64,000 bases of DNA from Ensifer sp. (GTDB lineage: Bacteria; Pseudomonadota; Alphaproteobacteria; Rhizobiales; Rhizobiaceae), in contig JBNLGT010000003.1 in the NCBI GenBank assembly GCA_050306195.1, positions 1,606-65,605 of the forward strand, in the 5' to 3' direction. Of the stretch, positions 20,161 through 32,805 are shown piece by piece. Every line of letters starts with the position of its first letter. Within the stretch, counting starts at the first letter, position 1. Position numbers and translations under genes: made by a program. The notes under the pieces are model-generated. The model had not been told where the DNA came from and made no database searches. It worked only from the letters and a program-made list of their open reading frames with translations.

Positions 20161-21015
20161 TTATTGCTGTGCCTTATTGACGTCGTCATAGCCCTTTTTC
20201 AAGGCTTCGTCGGTAATGTCGATCTTGGCTTCCGATTTCAGCTTGCCCAAAAGCGCCACATATTTATCGCGAACAATAAGCTGTCGGATCTGATCCTTAA
20301 CCTGTTCAAGCGGCGGAGGCGGAGCCACGCGCTTGTCTTCAACCTTGATCACATGGAAACCGAACTGGGTCTGCACCGGCGCTTTCGTATATTCACCTGC
20401 GTTCAACGCAAAGGCGGCATCCTCAAACGGCTTTACCATGCGTCCGGGGCCAAAATAGCCAAGATCGCCACCGTCATCCTTGCTGGGGCCTGTAGATTTT
20501 TCCTTGGCAAGGGCGACAAAATCTGCGCCACCATCAAGCTCGGCAATGACGGCCTTTGCCTCTTCCTCGGTCTTGAGCAGAATGTGACGCGCATGCACCT
20601 CGGTCTGCGGCGGAATAGCTGCTATTTCCTTGTCGTAACGCGCCTTGATTTCATCATCAGTAACGTCGGCGACAATCTTCTGGCGAAAGTAGGCATTGTG
20701 CAATTCATGTTCGCGCAGAAACTGCATTCGGTTTTTAAAATCCGAAGTATCGGCAAGACCTTCGGAAGCTGCTAGCGTTGCGACGACCTTCACATCAATG
20801 GCTGCAGACAATGCGGCTACACGCTTCTGCTCCGGCGGGAGGTTAGCAAGCTTGGGGTCGAGATTGGCCGCGCCCAGAGCAATTTCCGATTCATGAATTT
20901 CCAGGTCGCCCACTTTGGCCACCACCGGATCTTCATCGGCTGCAAAACCTGTTTGCATCTGCAATGCGAGCGCCACGCCAAATGCGAGCCCTGCAATTCC
21001 CGTCTTCTTCAACAT
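20161..21015 (-). CDS. Periplasmic parvulin-type peptidyl-prolyl isomerase
   Basis: Signal peptide; VHARHILL, GGDLGYF, MVKPFEDAAF, TQFGFHVIK. Confidence 0.92.
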   Translation of the reverse strand: MLKKTGIAGLAFGVALALQMQTGFAADEDPVVAKVGDLEIHESEIALGAANLDPKLANLPPEQKRVAALSAAIDVKVVATLAASEGLADTSDFKNRMQFLREHELHNAYFRQKIVADVTDDEIKARYDKEIAAIPPQTEVHARHILLKTEEEAKAVIAELDGGADFVALAKEKSTGPSKDDGGDLGYFGPGRMVKPFEDAAFALNAGEYTKAPVQTQFGFHVIKVEDKRVAPPPPLEQVKDQIRQLIVRDKYVALLGKLKSEAKIDITDEALKKGYDDVNKAQQ

Positions 21016-21325
21016 TATCTACCTTTCGCTTCTCACCCGGTTCCACACGGTGGGAACCACCTGTTTCACTGTCACCGGAACACCCTTTTCGTAGCGGTCG
21101 AAAGCAGCAAGCTCAAGCTCTTCCCGAGTTCTGGTCACACCGCCGCGCCATCAGCGCCTAAGAACCGCCAGAAACTCCGGTGGCTATGAGCACGCGCGCC
21201 AACCCCAATGGATATCGAACTAAATCTTTAAAAATAAGAGATTTTTTCCGAAATTGTTACGATCCTGGAAGCCTACATCGTGTTCCGTGAGTAACTTTTG
21301 CCGCAGGCGCTGGTGGCAAGTCCCG

Positions 21326-21354
21326 TTGACATCAATTTCCCCCCCTCTTATCTG
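21326..21354 (+). promoter_or_regulatory. Putative sigma70 promoter of secA
   Basis: TTGACA-N17-TATCTG. Confidence 0.55.
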
Positions 21355-21464
21355 TCACGCAACTTCAAGTCCAGAACAGTTTCGGGGCAGGAGCAAAATC
21401 GCCAGGTTCATTCCGGCGCCAGCGCTGCCCCATTCAAGGGATTAAATTAAGAAAGGACCATTCA

Positions 21465-24149
<2,685 letters not shown>

Positions 24150-24171
24150 TCAAACCTATGATTCATTCTGG

Positions 24172-24205
24172 AAAGGCCGGTGTGCGTTCTGCGCGCCGGC
24201 TTTTC
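24172..24205 (+). terminator. secA intrinsic terminator
   Basis: AAAGGCCGGTGTGC-GTTCT-GCGCGCCGGCTTTT. Confidence 0.7.
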
Positions 24206-24286
24206 GTTGCGCGTCATCCAAACGCTTTATTAACGCTGGTAGTGCCAAAATAGAGTGTCGACAAAAGAACCTGAAACGCGCGCATT

Positions 24287-25702
24287 ATGGCCATATTCCA
24301 GTTGATGGAAAACCGCTCTCCCGGCAGCCTTCGAGCAAAGCTCGATCAGGCCTGGGCAACATTGCGCGAAATTCTCAAAGGCGCGGACCCTCAGGCTCGC
24401 GCCCAACGCATGGCGCTTTTTGCCTTCGCTATCAGGGTCGCAGGCGCAGCAATTGCCTTCATTTCCCAGATCATCCTCGCCCGCCTTATGGGCAGTTTCG
24501 AATATGGAATATTTGTTTTTGTCTGGGTCATGGCCGTGCTGCTTGGCAATTTCTCGTGCCTTGGGTTCCATACGGCGATTATTCGTTTTCTGCCGCAGTA
24601 CCAACAAACGGGTGAAATTTCCAAAATTCGAGGCCTTACCTCGGCGGCCCGCATCATTGCTCTTCTTTCCGCCACAGCCGTCGCGACGATTGGATTGGTT
24701 GTTCTCTATTTCCTCGGCGGATGGATCGAATCCTATTATGTCGCACCGTTTTTTCTCGCCGCATTCACGCTTCCCTTGCTGGCCCTTGGCGATGTGATGG
24801 AAGGCACTGGCCGAGCTAACGCCTGGCCCATCGGTGCGCTGACACCGACCTTTATTGTGCGCCCCACGCTGATCATCCTTCTCATGGTGGCTGCTGCGTG
24901 GATGGGCGCCGAACACACGGCGCGTGTCGCCATGGTTTGCGCGCTGGCGGCAACATACATTACCTCCATAGGGCAATTCTTCATTGTAACCTGGCGCATC
25001 GGAAAAATTTTCCCGGCGCAGACAAAAGAATACGAAATCCCAAAATGGTTTGGCGTAGCGCTCCCCATATTCGTTATCGAGGGTATCGGTTTTCTTCTGA
25101 CGAATTCGGATGTAGTCGTGGTCGGCTTTTTTCTTGACCCCAATCAGGTTGCTGTCTATTTCGCCGCCGCAAAAACCATGGCTTTGGTCCATTTCGTCCT
25201 TTTCGCGGTGAAAGCGGCTGCCGGAGCGCGGTTTTCTGCAATTCACGCAACGGGCAACCGCCACCTTCTAGCGGCGTCCGCCGTGCAGGCCGCCCGCTGG
25301 ACATTCTGGCCCGCATTAGCCATCGGCCTCCTAGTATTGTCACTGGGCAACGTCCTGCTTTCCCTTTTCGGGCCGGGCTTTAGCGATGGATATTCGCTGC
25401 TGGCGATCCTGCTCGTTGGCATCCTTGCCAAAGCCTCTGTCGGACCGGGCGAAGGTCTCCTGACCATGGCCGGTGAGCAGAACCTCTGTGTGAGGATCTA
25501 CATTGCGACACTACTTTCCAATATCGCACTGAGTGTCATCCTCATCCCTGTATTCGGCCTGCCCGGCGCAGCCGCAGCAACCTCCGGCGCCATGATCATC
25601 GAAGCAATTTTGCTGATGTTAGGCGCGCGAAACAAACTCGGCTTCACACTTTCTACATTTTCAAAGACCAAACATTCGACCGTAGCGGATCACACCGATT
25701 GA
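24287..25702 (+). CDS. Wzx-like polysaccharide flippase
   Basis: Many TM helices; ILARLMGSFEYGIF, DVVVVG..VAVYFAA, LIPVFGLPGAAAAT (MOP/Wzx pattern). Confidence 0.85.
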   Translation: MAIFQLMENRSPGSLRAKLDQAWATLREILKGADPQARAQRMALFAFAIRVAGAAIAFISQIILARLMGSFEYGIFVFVWVMAVLLGNFSCLGFHTAIIRFLPQYQQTGEISKIRGLTSAARIIALLSATAVATIGLVVLYFLGGWIESYYVAPFFLAAFTLPLLALGDVMEGTGRANAWPIGALTPTFIVRPTLIILLMVAAAWMGAEHTARVAMVCALAATYITSIGQFFIVTWRIGKIFPAQTKEYEIPKWFGVALPIFVIEGIGFLLTNSDVVVVGFFLDPNQVAVYFAAAKTMALVHFVLFAVKAAAGARFSAIHATGNRHLLAASAVQAARWTFWPALAIGLLVLSLGNVLLSLFGPGFSDGYSLLAILLVGILAKASVGPGEGLLTMAGEQNLCVRIYIATLLSNIALSVILIPVFGLPGAAAATSGAMIIEAILLMLGARNKLGFTLSTFSKTKHSTVADHTD

Positions 25703-25706
25703 AATC

Positions 25707-26981
25707 ATGATGGAAACAGGAACATTTGACCGCAACAGCATGCTCGACAACCTGGATTTGCCATCCGGGGAGCCGTCGGCTGCGCAAACGGTCCCCGCTG
25801 GAACCAAAAACATTCCGGTGGGTCGCGCAGGTCGAGCGTTACATTTCTATTCGTCCAATGCCGGCTACGAAATTCAGGATGAATTGGACTATCTCGCCAA
25901 TCGCGCGATTGAACCAAATATTTTTAGCACCGGCCGTTTTCTCGCGCCTGCCATGCCGCGTCTGGAAGACAAGACCATTCTCATGGCAGTGCTTAGAGAT
26001 GAGGCTGACAACAGGCATAGGGCCCGCATTCTCATGCCCTATTCAATAGAACGGCCCGGTTTTTCTCTTGGCGCACCTATCATCCGGTCGTGGGCCAATC
26101 CATTCGGCCCGCTTGGCACACCTCTGGTAGACGCCGAAAATGCTGCTGAAAGCATAGACGATTTCCTGGAAGCGCTGGGAAACAAGGAAGCACGCTTGCC
26201 ATCGGTTCTCGTTCTGCCCGAAGTCAGGCTGGACGGCCAAGCCACAAAGCTATTCCGCGCCATTGCCATGAGCAAGAACCTTCCGGTTGCTCAGACCTCC
26301 GAATATGAACGCCCCAAGCTGGAAAGCCTTCTCGACGGCGAGGCCTATCTCTCCAACGCGATCTCGGCGAAACACAAACACAACCTGGGTCGCCTTTGGC
26401 GCAAACTCGAAAAGAAGGGCAATGTGACCTACAACGTCGCCCGCCAGCCGGAAGACGTTCGCCTGCGTATGGAAGAATTCCTCCTACTGGAAGCCAGCGG
26501 TTGGAAAGGCCGAAAGCGTAGCGCCATGATCAATGATCGCTATCGGGCCGCCTTTGCCCGCGAGGCTATCAACAATCTGGCAGAAACCGATAATGTACGT
26601 ATTCACACAATCGACCTTGACGGTCAGGCTATAGCCTCGTTGATCGTGTTCATCACCGGCGGCGAGGCCTATACATGGAAGACCGCCTACAACGAGGCCT
26701 TGTCTTCCTATTCCCCCGGCACATTGCTGATGGCGCAAGTCACCGAATGGCATCTTGACGACGCCAACATCATGCGCACGGACTCATGTGCAACACCCGA
26801 TCACCCAATGATGAGCCGTTTGTGGACGGAACGCTATCACATGGGAACGGTTATTATCGGGTTGAACCCCAACAGCGACCGGGACATTCGTCAGGTCGCC
26901 TCGCAGCTACACCTTTACAGTAACACCCGCAATGTAGCGCGCTCGCTGCGTAACCGCATTATGGCGCTTCGCAACCGTTGA
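25707..26981 (+). CDS. GNAT acetyltransferase (Acetyltransf_6, CelD/BcsL-like)
   Basis: LEASGWKG, WKTAYNE...SPGTLL, DSCA; 4 nt downstream of the flippase. Confidence 0.8.
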   Translation: MMETGTFDRNSMLDNLDLPSGEPSAAQTVPAGTKNIPVGRAGRALHFYSSNAGYEIQDELDYLANRAIEPNIFSTGRFLAPAMPRLEDKTILMAVLRDEADNRHRARILMPYSIERPGFSLGAPIIRSWANPFGPLGTPLVDAENAAESIDDFLEALGNKEARLPSVLVLPEVRLDGQATKLFRAIAMSKNLPVAQTSEYERPKLESLLDGEAYLSNAISAKHKHNLGRLWRKLEKKGNVTYNVARQPEDVRLRMEEFLLLEASGWKGRKRSAMINDRYRAAFAREAINNLAETDNVRIHTIDLDGQAIASLIVFITGGEAYTWKTAYNEALSSYSPGTLLMAQVTEWHLDDANIMRTDSCATPDHPMMSRLWTERYHMGTVIIGLNPNSDRDIRQVASQLHLYSNTRNVARSLRNRIMALRNR

Positions 26982-26987
26982 ACAGAG

Positions 26988-28634
26988 CTATCTGGACACT
27001 TTTTTAGCTGAATCTTCTGGGGTTTCGCGCAGCAATCGTCGTATAATCTTGCCCGTTGTCGTCATCGGGAGACTGTCGACAAATTCAATCTCGCGTGGAT
27101 ATTCATGCATCGAAAGGCGCGACTTCACCCATTGGCGAATATCGTCTTCCATGGCCGCGCTGGCAATACAATCCGGCTTCAAAACAACAAATGCCTTGAC
27201 GATTTCTGTTCGCACCGGGTCTGGCTTGCCTACGGCAGCCGCCAATTGCACAGCCGGATGCCCCAACAAACAGTCCTCAATTTCGCCGGGACCAATGCGG
27301 TAGCCGGATGAGGTGATGACATCATCGTCCCGGCCAAAAAACTCGAAATAGCCATCCTCAGACATAACGCCCTGGTCGCCGGTTCGCATCCAGTCACCGA
27401 TGAATTTCATCTCTGTCGCCGCCGGGTTATTCCAATAGCCAAGGAACATCACCGGATCGGGGCGGCGAATGGCAACCTGACCGGCAATCCCGGGCGGGCA
27501 TTCGTTGCCCGCTTCATCGATGATCGCCACATCATGGCCGGGAACCGGTTTCCCCATGGAACCGGACTTCGTGACACCATATTCGCGGCTTGCGGACAGA
27601 ACAAAATTGCATTCTGTCTGGCCGTAGAATTCATTGATGACAATACCCAGCGCCTCACGCGCCCATTGATAGGTCTCCCGCCCCAGCGCCTCGCCCGCAG
27701 AGCCAATGGTGCGAAGTTGCAGGTCGAATTTTGCACGCGGATTTTTCACCGGTCGGAGCAGCTTGAGCGCTGTCGGTGGAATGAAGGCGTTACGCACTTT
27801 CATGTCCGCCATAATACGATAGGCAAGATGAGGATCGAACTTTTGCGCCGGAGACGAGACAACAGGCACACCAAGCATGAGACCGGGCATAAGACAATTC
27901 AAAAGCCCACCTGCCCAGGCCCAGTCTGACGGCGTCCAAAGCTTGTCCCCATCCATTGGCAGCCCGGCATGAGCAAATTGCATGCCTGGAATATGTCCGG
28001 CTAGAACGCGATGCCCGTGCAGCGCTCCCTTAGGTGGGCCCGTGGTACCCGATGTGTAGATCATCAGCGCAGGATCATTGGGGCCTGTGTTTACGACATC
28101 GAAAGTGGACGGTTGATGATCAATAACAGTCGCAAAATTCTCCGCGCCCTCGGCTTCGCCGTCAACAAGCACGATCATTTTCAGATCATCCAAGCCCTCG
28201 AGCAGGGGTTCCACCTTTGAGAACCCAAAACGGTTGGTAACCAGTGCACGCGCACCTGAATCGCGCAACCGGTATTCTAGCGCATCGGGTCCAAAGAGAA
28301 GCGCCAGCGGCAGCGCAATGCCGCCAAGCTTATATACCGCCGCATGTGCAATCACGGTCTCAAACGACTGGGGAAGAAGGATGGCGACGCGATCCCCACC
28401 GACAATGCCCCGTGCAGTCAGGGCATTTGCAAACGCGTTTGATTTGGCCGAAAGCAAACCATAGGTCATGAACTGATGGTTGCCATCCGGTGAGAAGTGC
28501 TCAAGACAAATTCGCTCGGGCGCTTTTTGCGCCCAATGGTCGCTAATCACCTCGCCCATATTGAACCGAGTGGGGATATCCCAGACAAAATTTTGCCGAA
28601 GTTCCTCATAGCGGTCACATTGCGGTAGCAGCAT
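26988..28634 (-). CDS. AMP-dependent acyl-CoA synthetase
   Basis: IYTSGTTGPPKG, YGQTE, TGD, GRDDDVITSSGYRIGPGEIE, LPMTTTGKI; start set at MLLPQ. Confidence 0.9.
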   Translation of the reverse strand: MLLPQCDRYEELRQNFVWDIPTRFNMGEVISDHWAQKAPERICLEHFSPDGNHQFMTYGLLSAKSNAFANALTARGIVGGDRVAILLPQSFETVIAHAAVYKLGGIALPLALLFGPDALEYRLRDSGARALVTNRFGFSKVEPLLEGLDDLKMIVLVDGEAEGAENFATVIDHQPSTFDVVNTGPNDPALMIYTSGTTGPPKGALHGHRVLAGHIPGMQFAHAGLPMDGDKLWTPSDWAWAGGLLNCLMPGLMLGVPVVSSPAQKFDPHLAYRIMADMKVRNAFIPPTALKLLRPVKNPRAKFDLQLRTIGSAGEALGRETYQWAREALGIVINEFYGQTECNFVLSASREYGVTKSGSMGKPVPGHDVAIIDEAGNECPPGIAGQVAIRRPDPVMFLGYWNNPAATEMKFIGDWMRTGDQGVMSEDGYFEFFGRDDDVITSSGYRIGPGEIEDCLLGHPAVQLAAAVGKPDPVRTEIVKAFVVLKPDCIASAAMEDDIRQWVKSRLSMHEYPREIEFVDSLPMTTTGKIIRRLLRETPEDSAKKVSR

Positions 28635-28848
28635 GTGCACAATTCCTCTTGTGCAGTGCACATATCATCTTTGCTATGCGGTAATCAACCAGTCGCCCAA
28701 CGCGACAAAGATCGGCAGACGGCCCGAGACCGACGGGATTTGCAGGCGCACTGTTAAAAAAATACTATTAATTGCAGTAAAGGTCTGGTCGTCGGGCTTT
28801 GAAGCCTCTATTTAGATGTCGAAAATATGATCCAGGGAGAGATTGAGC

Positions 28849-30360
28849 ATGAGCTTCAAACCGCACGGAAAGCACCTCGTGGCAGGGCAGTGGATCGGCA
28901 CTGCGGAAACATTCAATTCAGAGCCTGCTCATGGCGAGGCTCACGCGTTTTCTGTTGGCACGGTTGATCTTGTCGATCAATCTGCAAAGGCAGCGGAAGA
29001 GGCCTTCTGGTCCTACGGATATTCCTCACGTGAAGACCGCGCAGCATTCCTCAATACAATTGCTGATGAAATCGAAAAGCGCGGCGCTGAAATCACCGAG
29101 ATTGGCACCAGTGAAACAGGACTTCCGGCTGCGCGCCTTGAGGGCGAGCGCGGCCGCACTACCGGCCAGATCCGCCTGTTTGCCCAGCATATTCTGAAAG
29201 GCGATTATCTCGACCGCAGGCATGACGAAGCACTGCCAGACCGCCAACCTCTGCCGCGGCCGGACCTACGCATGATCCAGCGCCCCATCGGTCCGGTTGC
29301 CGTGTTTGGCGCATCCAACTTCCCCCTCGCCTTTTCCACAGCAGGCGGAGATACTGCGGCGGCCCTTGCCGCCGGGTGCCCGGTTGTGGTGAAGGGCCAT
29401 TCCGCCCACCCCGGGACGGGGGAAATCATTGCGGAGGCCATCCATGCCGCCATCAAAACCTGTGGCATTCATCCAGGCGTCTTTTCGCTTATTCAGGGTG
29501 GCAACAGGCAGGTGGGCCAGGCCGTCGTCCAACACCCGCTGATCAAGGCTGTCGGGTTTACCGGCTCGCTCGCTGGCGGCCGGGCTCTCTTCGACCTCTG
29601 CGCCAGCCGCCCGGAGCCCATTCCGTTTTTTGGCGAGTTGGGCTCCGTCAACCCGATGTTCATGTTGCCGGAAGCCGTTGCCGCACGCAGTGAGGCATTG
29701 GGCAAGGGCTGGGCGGCATCCCTTTCCATGGGCGCTGGTCAGTTCTGCACCAATCCCGGTATTGCCGTGGTTCTGGAAGGCCCCGAGGGTGAGGCCTTTG
29801 CCGAGGCGGCGCGCGTAGCCCTTTCCGAAGTCGGCGAACAGGTCATGCTGACCGATGGCATTGCCGCGGCCTATCGCAGTGGCCGCGACCGGGTGGCGGC
29901 AGGCACCGGCGTGCAGGCGCTGCTGACCTCCATGTGCGACCAGCGCAACGCAACACCTTATCTGTTCCGCACAACCGGCGCTGATTGGCTGGCCAATCAC
30001 GCGCTTGCCGAAGAAGTCTTCGGACCGCTCGGCTTGATCGTGACCGTAAAATCAATGGACGAAATGCGTGAGATCGCCAAATCGCTCAGCGGCCAGCTAA
30101 CCTGCACAATCCATATGGACGACGCAGACACGGATGCAGCGCTGACCCTCATGCCGATCCTGGAGCGCAAAGCCGGACGTCTGCTCGTCAACGGCTTCCC
30201 GACCGGTGTGGAAGTTTGCGACAGCATGGTCCACGGCGGCCCCTATCCGGCCTCCACCAATTTCGGCGCAACCTCGGTCGGCACACTGTCCATCCGGCGT
30301 TTCTTGCGGCCTGTCTGCTACCAGAACATGCCCGCCGCCCTGCTGCCATCCGATTTTTGA
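28849..30360 (+). CDS. NADP-dependent aldehyde dehydrogenase (alpha-ketoglutarate semialdehyde dehydrogenase-like)
   Basis: FGASNFPLAFSTAGGD, FTGS, GELGSVNP, GQFCTNPG, EEVFGP, HGGPYPA. Confidence 0.88.
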   Translation: MSFKPHGKHLVAGQWIGTAETFNSEPAHGEAHAFSVGTVDLVDQSAKAAEEAFWSYGYSSREDRAAFLNTIADEIEKRGAEITEIGTSETGLPAARLEGERGRTTGQIRLFAQHILKGDYLDRRHDEALPDRQPLPRPDLRMIQRPIGPVAVFGASNFPLAFSTAGGDTAAALAAGCPVVVKGHSAHPGTGEIIAEAIHAAIKTCGIHPGVFSLIQGGNRQVGQAVVQHPLIKAVGFTGSLAGGRALFDLCASRPEPIPFFGELGSVNPMFMLPEAVAARSEALGKGWAASLSMGAGQFCTNPGIAVVLEGPEGEAFAEAARVALSEVGEQVMLTDGIAAAYRSGRDRVAAGTGVQALLTSMCDQRNATPYLFRTTGADWLANHALAEEVFGPLGLIVTVKSMDEMREIAKSLSGQLTCTIHMDDADTDAALTLMPILERKAGRLLVNGFPTGVEVCDSMVHGGPYPASTNFGATSVGTLSIRRFLRPVCYQNMPAALLPSDF

Positions 30361-30373
30361 TCGATACCTAACC

Positions 30374-30415
30374 ATCTGGTCACGCGGCCAATTTTCCAAG
30401 CCCGCGTGACCAGAT
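30374..30415 (+). terminator. 14-bp-stem hairpin after the aldehyde dehydrogenase
   Basis: ATCTGGTCACGCGG-N14-CCGCGTGACCAGAT; no clear U-tract. Confidence 0.45.
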
Positions 30416-30738
30416 ACACATTGGCCTCTCCGGCTCTGCGAGCCGTATTCCGCGTATCGCAGAAAACTGTCGAACGCCCACACTGAGTGGCGCCGCAAAG
30501 TTCGATACATCTAAAAAATGATGTTGTACGCAGACCAAGCTCGACCCCGTCAGGCTTTCGCAAGCACACCTGCGCATCGGCCATTTCTGACCGTTTCCTC
30601 TGGAGCGAAACAATTGAATATCGCGACAGCGTGAAGAGAGAAAATGGTGCAGGGTGAGAGGAATAACCTCGAACCAAACCACGCAGGGTGGGTTGGCGGG
30701 CGGCAGCCTGCAAACAGGGAATCCAAATTCGAAGAATT

Positions 30739-30823
30739 TGGTGCCCCATGCCGGACTCGAACCAGCACTCCTTGCGGAACTCGATTTTGAGTCGAGCGCG
30801 TCTACCAATTCCGCCAATGGGGC
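30739..30823 (-). tRNA. tRNA-Leu (anticodon CAA)
   Basis: GCCCCATTGGCGGAATTGGTAGACGCGCTCGACT-CAA-AATCGAGTTCCGCAAGGAGTGCTGGTTCGAGTCCGGCATGGGGCACCA: 85 nt, long variable arm, encoded CCA. Confidence 0.97.
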
Positions 30824-30860
30824 ACGGGAGCAGGTCAAAACCGGCCCCGGTTGTGGCGGG

Positions 30861-30888
30861 ACTATACGAACCGATTGCCTTCGGTCAA
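30861..30888 (-). promoter_or_regulatory. Stable-RNA-type promoter of tRNA-Leu
   Basis: TTGACC-N16-TATAGT followed by the GC-rich discriminator CCCGCC. Confidence 0.7.
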
Positions 30889-31000
30889 CCAGAAAATGCG
30901 CTTGGAAGAAAAACTCCGCATCCGCACGTGTTCAAATCGTTTACTCCGCATCAAAACCGGGCTAAGCCACCACCGGATATTTTACGTGATCGGCTTGTAA

Positions 31001-31582
31001 ATGCTTAGAAGACTGTACGACTGGACGCTCTCGCTGGCCAAAACGCGTTATGCAGAACAGGCGCTTGGGGTAATCTCTTTTGCTGAGAGCTCCTTCTTTC
31101 CGATACCGCCGGATGTACTTCTGATCCCCATCGTGATTGCCAAACCGGCAAAGTGGTTGCGGATCGCGTTCATATGCACCATTGCCTCCATTCTTGGCGC
31201 AGTTCTCGGCTATGCCATCGGCATGTTTCTCTACGAAACCATCGGGCGACCGATCCTGGCCTTTTACGGCAAGGAAAACGCATTTGAACAAATTGCGGCC
31301 TGGTACAATACCTGGGGCGGCTGGGGCGTTCTCTTTGCAGCGCTGACGCCATTTCCTTATAAGGTTTTGACCATTTTTTCCGGCGCCACCGGGCTTAATT
31401 TCGCAACCTTTCTCATCGTCAGCATCATTGGCAGAGCGGGACGATTTTTTCTCGTTGCCTGGCTTTTGGGCCGATATGGTGAGCCCATCCGAATTTTCAT
31501 CGAAAAATATCTCGGCCTTCTGGCCGCCTTATTTCTGATTTTGTTGTTCGGCGGGTTTTATCTCTTACGATACGTGTTTTAA
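31001..31582 (+). CDS. YqaA/DedA-family membrane protein
   Basis: FAESSFFPIPPDVLL, LTPFPYKV, GRAGRF. Confidence 0.9.
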   Translation: MLRRLYDWTLSLAKTRYAEQALGVISFAESSFFPIPPDVLLIPIVIAKPAKWLRIAFICTIASILGAVLGYAIGMFLYETIGRPILAFYGKENAFEQIAAWYNTWGGWGVLFAALTPFPYKVLTIFSGATGLNFATFLIVSIIGRAGRFFLVAWLLGRYGEPIRIFIEKYLGLLAALFLILLFGGFYLLRYVF

Positions 31583-31594
31583 CGGAGCCTCGTA

Positions 31595-32101
31595 ATGGCC
31601 GATAGCGCAACAAACAAGTCTGCCCTTCTTCCCGCCTCTCTCGTCACGCTTGGCATGGCAGGCGCTGTCACCAGCGCTCTGGGCTTCCAGTATATTGGCG
31701 GCTACATTCCTTGCGCATTGTGCTACATCCAGCGCAATCCATATTACATCGGCATTCCTCTGGGCCTGATTGCCGTTGCGCTGATCGCCTTCAAGGCGCT
31801 AGCGCGGCTGGTGCGCCTGTTCCTCGCCCTCATCCTCATTCTCATGCTGGTAGGCGCAGGTCTAGGCATCTACCATTCCGGTGTTGAGTGGCACTTCTGG
31901 CCGGGCCCGGATTCCTGTTCAGCTCCGGTGGACAGCGTACCTGCCAGCGCGAACGACCTTTTCAACGACCTCAACAAGATCAAAGGTCCCTCCTGCACAG
32001 AAGCAGCCTTGCGCGTTCTTGGCCTGTCATTTGCTGGGTGGAACGTGGTTTCAAGCCTCATCCTTGCGGGCATTGCCGTTTGGGGTCTCAAACGAACATA
32101 A
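31595..32101 (+). CDS. dsbB: DsbB-family disulfide bond formation protein
   Basis: PCALCYIQR, YHSGVEW..GPDSC, second Cys in SCTEA, LSFAGWN. Confidence 0.85.
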   Translation: MADSATNKSALLPASLVTLGMAGAVTSALGFQYIGGYIPCALCYIQRNPYYIGIPLGLIAVALIAFKALARLVRLFLALILILMLVGAGLGIYHSGVEWHFWPGPDSCSAPVDSVPASANDLFNDLNKIKGPSCTEAALRVLGLSFAGWNVVSSLILAGIAVWGLKRT

Positions 32102-32146
32102 GACAGGCAGGCGGCCAGTCCGCCGCCAACACTGGAGAAACCGGTC

Positions 32147-32704
32147 TTAAGGCTCCAGTTCAGTATCCCAATAGAGAAAGTCCATCCAGCTTTCGTGCAG
32201 ATAGTTTGGCGGGAAGAGCCGACCGTTATTGTGCAGCTCCTGCACCGTAGGGTGCCAAGGTTTCTGGTTGGGATACATGCCCGACTGCTTCGGCAGTTTC
32301 GAACCCTTGCGCAGATTGCAGGGTGCACATGCGGTCACAATATTGTCCCAGCGCGTTTCGCCGCCATGCGCCCGTGGAACCAGGTGATCAAAAGTAAGTT
32401 CGTCCCTAGATCCGCAATATTGGCATTCAAACCTGTCGCGCAGGAATACGTTAAACCGCGTAAAAGCCGGATAACGTGACGGTTTCACATAGCTTTTTAG
32501 ACAGACCACACTGGGAAGCCGCATGGAAAAGCTGGGCGAGGAAACCTCGTGCTCATATTCGGCAACAATATTCACGCGGTCCAGAAAGACAGCCTTGATC
32601 GCATCCTGCCATGACCAAAGTGAAAGCGGGTAATAGCTAAGGGGCCTGTAATCCGCATTGAGAACAAGCGCGGGAAGAGACTGAGGTGAAACTGCAATCG
32701 TCAA
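32147..32704 (-). CDS. HNH endonuclease (HNH_5/McrA-like)
   Basis: LVLNADY, RDRFECQYCG, DHLVPR..GG...WDNIVTACAPCNLRKG; TTG start with AGGAG RBS. Confidence 0.9.
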   Translation of the reverse strand: MTIAVSPQSLPALVLNADYRPLSYYPLSLWSWQDAIKAVFLDRVNIVAEYEHEVSSPSFSMRLPSVVCLKSYVKPSRYPAFTRFNVFLRDRFECQYCGSRDELTFDHLVPRAHGGETRWDNIVTACAPCNLRKGSKLPKQSGMYPNQKPWHPTVQELHNNGRLFPPNYLHESWMDFLYWDTELEP

Positions 32705-32805
32705 GCCACTCTCCTGACCGATTCGGCAACTCCTCTTTCTATACTAGGCTTGTTTTGACACTATTGTGAAGCCTTTTTGATTATTGGGAGAATCCGTGAG
32801 GTTTC

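Noticed and set aside
30318-31008. Several ORFs spanning the tRNA-Leu region
   Set aside because: They overlap the tRNA or its promoter and show no coding signatures.
32147-32704. HNH endonuclease as a defence or homing system
   Set aside because: It stands alone in a housekeeping neighbourhood (dsbB, alkA, gluQ) with host-like composition and no methylase, ATPase, repeat array or intron context.
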